From a virus (taxonomy: Duplodnaviria; Caudoviricetes), in IMG/VR virus record IMGVR_UViG_3300035533_000068, positions 1-37,524 of that record: DNA of 37,524 nt. One strand, written 5' to 3'. The notes beneath the pieces were generated by a model that had not been told where the DNA came from, made no database searches, and saw only the letters and a program-made list of their open reading frames with translations. Of the stretch, positions 35,635-37,524 are shown in pieces (position 1 is the stretch's first letter; every line of letters starts with the position of its first letter). Position numbers and translations under genes: made by a program.

Positions 35635-37524
35635 ATGAAAAGGATTTGTTTAATATTTTTAATTTTGTTTGTTGCTATAAGTGTAAAAGCGCAACAAATA
35701 AGCGGCACTCAAATAACTTCGCCGGTAGTTCCTAACGATCTGTTAGATAATTATCCAACCCATATAGATACTTTAGGATATGGAGGTTATCGAATACTTC
35801 CTGATACTGTAAGCAGAAATAATATAAAGCCATCTCGCAGGGCGAAAGGTATGCTTGTTTATACCCTTTCCGATAGTTCGCTTTATCGTTTAAAAGATGT
35901 GAATAATAATAAATGGGAAAAAGTTGTTGGTGATGTAAATGATATAGATACTATTCCTCATGATTTGACAATAATGGGGCCTTTGAATATTATTGGAAAT
36001 CCACCGCTATATAGTCCTGAGCTTTTATTGAATGTTAAAAATAATGAAGAATTTCATCGTTTTTTTGTTTCAAAAAATGGATTATTAATGGCCGGTCGGT
36101 TACATGATAATCCTATTAATGTTGATGGGTTATATATAATTGGAGCAAACAACTATTTGAATGGTATCAACTCTTCATCTGCTGGATATACAGTATATAA
36201 CAATGCAGATACCAGTCAGGCATATGGCAATTTTTTAAACGTCGCAGGTTATGATAATTCTGTTTTAATTGGAACAGGGAAGTCGGAATTCGAACCGCTA
36301 AGTTTAGACAGAGCTAACTCAGTTCAGCTTGGAGCAAATTCCACATCTCCAAATATCATTTTGACGGAAGATACTACTCGTATATATGGTGATGTTTTTA
36401 CATACGGAGATATCAATAGTAACTCTATTTATAGTAGTTATATAAATGTATCTGACACTTTAAAAACAAAATATTTTCAAATATCTGATAGTACTGTAAC
36501 TTCAGTAACAGCGGGTGATACGTTGTCAACAAAAGAATATGTTGATTTAATAACTGCTAACTATGTTTCTTTATCTGTTGGTTCTGAACAACAAATACCT
36601 TTTGTCAACATTGATGGGAATGATTTTGAATATTCAGATAATTTGAAATATGATTTGGATAAAAATGTGTTTACGGCAGGATTTAGAATAGGAATAATTG
36701 GAACAAATAGTGTTGTTTTTGGAGGTAGTAATGGATATGAAAATGTAGCAAGTGGTTATAGTTCAGCAGCTTTTGGAATTAATACAACAGCAAGTGGTTA
36801 TAGTTCAGCAGCTTTTGGAAGTAATACAACAGCAAGTAGAGATTATTCAGCAGCTTTTGGAATTAATACAACAGCAAGTGGTTATAGTTCAGCAACTTTT
36901 GGCGTTGGCTCAACAGCAAGTGGAGATTATTCAGCAGCTTTTGGCTATTCTACAACAGCAAGTGGTTATATTTCAGCAGCTTTTGGTCGTAGTACAACAG
37001 CTCATGATTATTTAGAATTAGTTTTAGGACAATATAATATAATTGGAACAGGTTCGGCTACATCGTGGAATGAAACTGATAATCTGTTTACAATAGGTAA
37101 TGGAACTAGTACTGCTCGTTCAAATGCTTTCCAAGTTAAAAAGAACGGAAACACAACGATATCCGGAACATTGCAAGCAAAAGGGACAATGCATATAGCC
37201 AAAGCAGAGGTATTATACACCGACACAACACAAACAACGATTATAACATTGCCGGCCGGTGCTGTGATTTGGGACGTTGGAATAGATGTAGATACAGCAT
37301 TCAATGATTCTGGTACTGATTTGTTAGATATAGGCATAACATCAACCGCAAATGATATACTGAACGATTACGATGTTTCAACAACATCATTTACTAATCA
37401 ATTATTGTCGAATAGTCCTTATAAAGTTACAACATCAACAAATATAACATTTCAATTTACAGGACAAAATTCAGATGCCAACCAAGGGCAAGCATATATC
37501 TACATTCATTATAGTTTGCATTAA
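35635..37524 (+). CDS. Fibre/adhesin-like protein with signal peptide and YadA-head-like 14-aa repeats
   Basis: MKRICLIFLILFVAISVKA|QQ; ASGYSSAAFGINTT repeats; LFTIGNG...RSNAFQVKKNG neck. Confidence 0.75.
   Translation: MKRICLIFLILFVAISVKAQQISGTQITSPVVPNDLLDNYPTHIDTLGYGGYRILPDTVSRNNIKPSRRAKGMLVYTLSDSSLYRLKDVNNNKWEKVVGDVNDIDTIPHDLTIMGPLNIIGNPPLYSPELLLNVKNNEEFHRFFVSKNGLLMAGRLHDNPINVDGLYIIGANNYLNGINSSSAGYTVYNNADTSQAYGNFLNVAGYDNSVLIGTGKSEFEPLSLDRANSVQLGANSTSPNIILTEDTTRIYGDVFTYGDINSNSIYSSYINVSDTLKTKYFQISDSTVTSVTAGDTLSTKEYVDLITANYVSLSVGSEQQIPFVNIDGNDFEYSDNLKYDLDKNVFTAGFRIGIIGTNSVVFGGSNGYENVASGYSSAAFGINTTASGYSSAAFGSNTTASRDYSAAFGINTTASGYSSATFGVGSTASGDYSAAFGYSTTASGYISAAFGRSTTAHDYLELVLGQYNIIGTGSATSWNETDNLFTIGNGTSTARSNAFQVKKNGNTTISGTLQAKGTMHIAKAEVLYTDTTQTTIITLPAGAVIWDVGIDVDTAFNDSGTDLLDIGITSTANDILNDYDVSTTSFTNQLLSNSPYKVTTSTNITFQFTGQNSDANQGQAYIYIHYSLH
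36739..37002 (+). repeat. About six 42-bp coding tandem repeats
   Basis: Unit AATACAACAGCAAGTGGTTATAGTTCAGCAGCTTTTGGAATT; copies start at 36739, 36781, 36823, 36865, 36907 and 36949. Confidence 0.9.

Larger units (their letters stand above)
622..37524. mobile_element. Mu-like transposable prophage with contractile tail; left end approximate (about 620-636), right end outside window
   Basis: Repressor/Ner/transposase/AAA ATPase block; DUF3164-like gene; terminase, gp36-like, portal, MuF and gpG-like genes; Clp protease, capsid, sheath, tube, baseplate and fibre genes. Confidence 0.95.

Noticed and set aside
36739-37002. Possible CRISPR array or diversity-generating retroelement repeats
   Set aside because: Units are contiguous, in frame and spacer-less; no reverse transcriptase, cas gene or separate template repeat is in the window.
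36752-37015. ORF with QQLL/QQQ periodicity
   Set aside because: Alternate-frame shadow of the 42-bp coding repeat.
385-37337. Numerous antisense ORFs in the track (e.g. 1464-1811, 5612-6151, 13083-14561, 18187-19678)
   Set aside because: They are shadows of well-supported genes on the opposite strand.

Overview
Almost the whole window (about 622 to the right edge) is a Mu-like transposable prophage with a contractile tail, inserted into the 3' part of a host PAS-domain signalling gene. The host is very likely Bacteroidota: there are several TTTG-N19-21-TAnnTTTG promoters and Gln-rule signal peptides. Order of modules: left end, S24 repressor / Ner-like switch, DDE transposase, two ATPases, early accessory genes, KilA-N antirepressor, a leftward block (terminases, portal, MuF, tape measure, head-tail completion), then a rightward block (Clp protease, capsid, sheath, tube, baseplate, endolysin, fibres). 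The right end is not in the window. The most striking non-obvious signals are: (1) a -1 frameshift cassette (A_AAU_UUU, 5-nt spacer, perfect 10-bp stem) that would fuse the portal to MuF; (2) a CdiA-CT-like PD-(D/E)xK nuclease extension on MuF with no immunity ORF, followed by a small opposite-strand transcription unit (consensus promoter, ~58-nt structured RNA, strand-specific terminator) that is a candidate RNA antitoxin; (3) a P1 C4-like antisense RNA architecture upstream of the antirepressor. All product calls come from motif recognition and synteny; no database searches were run.
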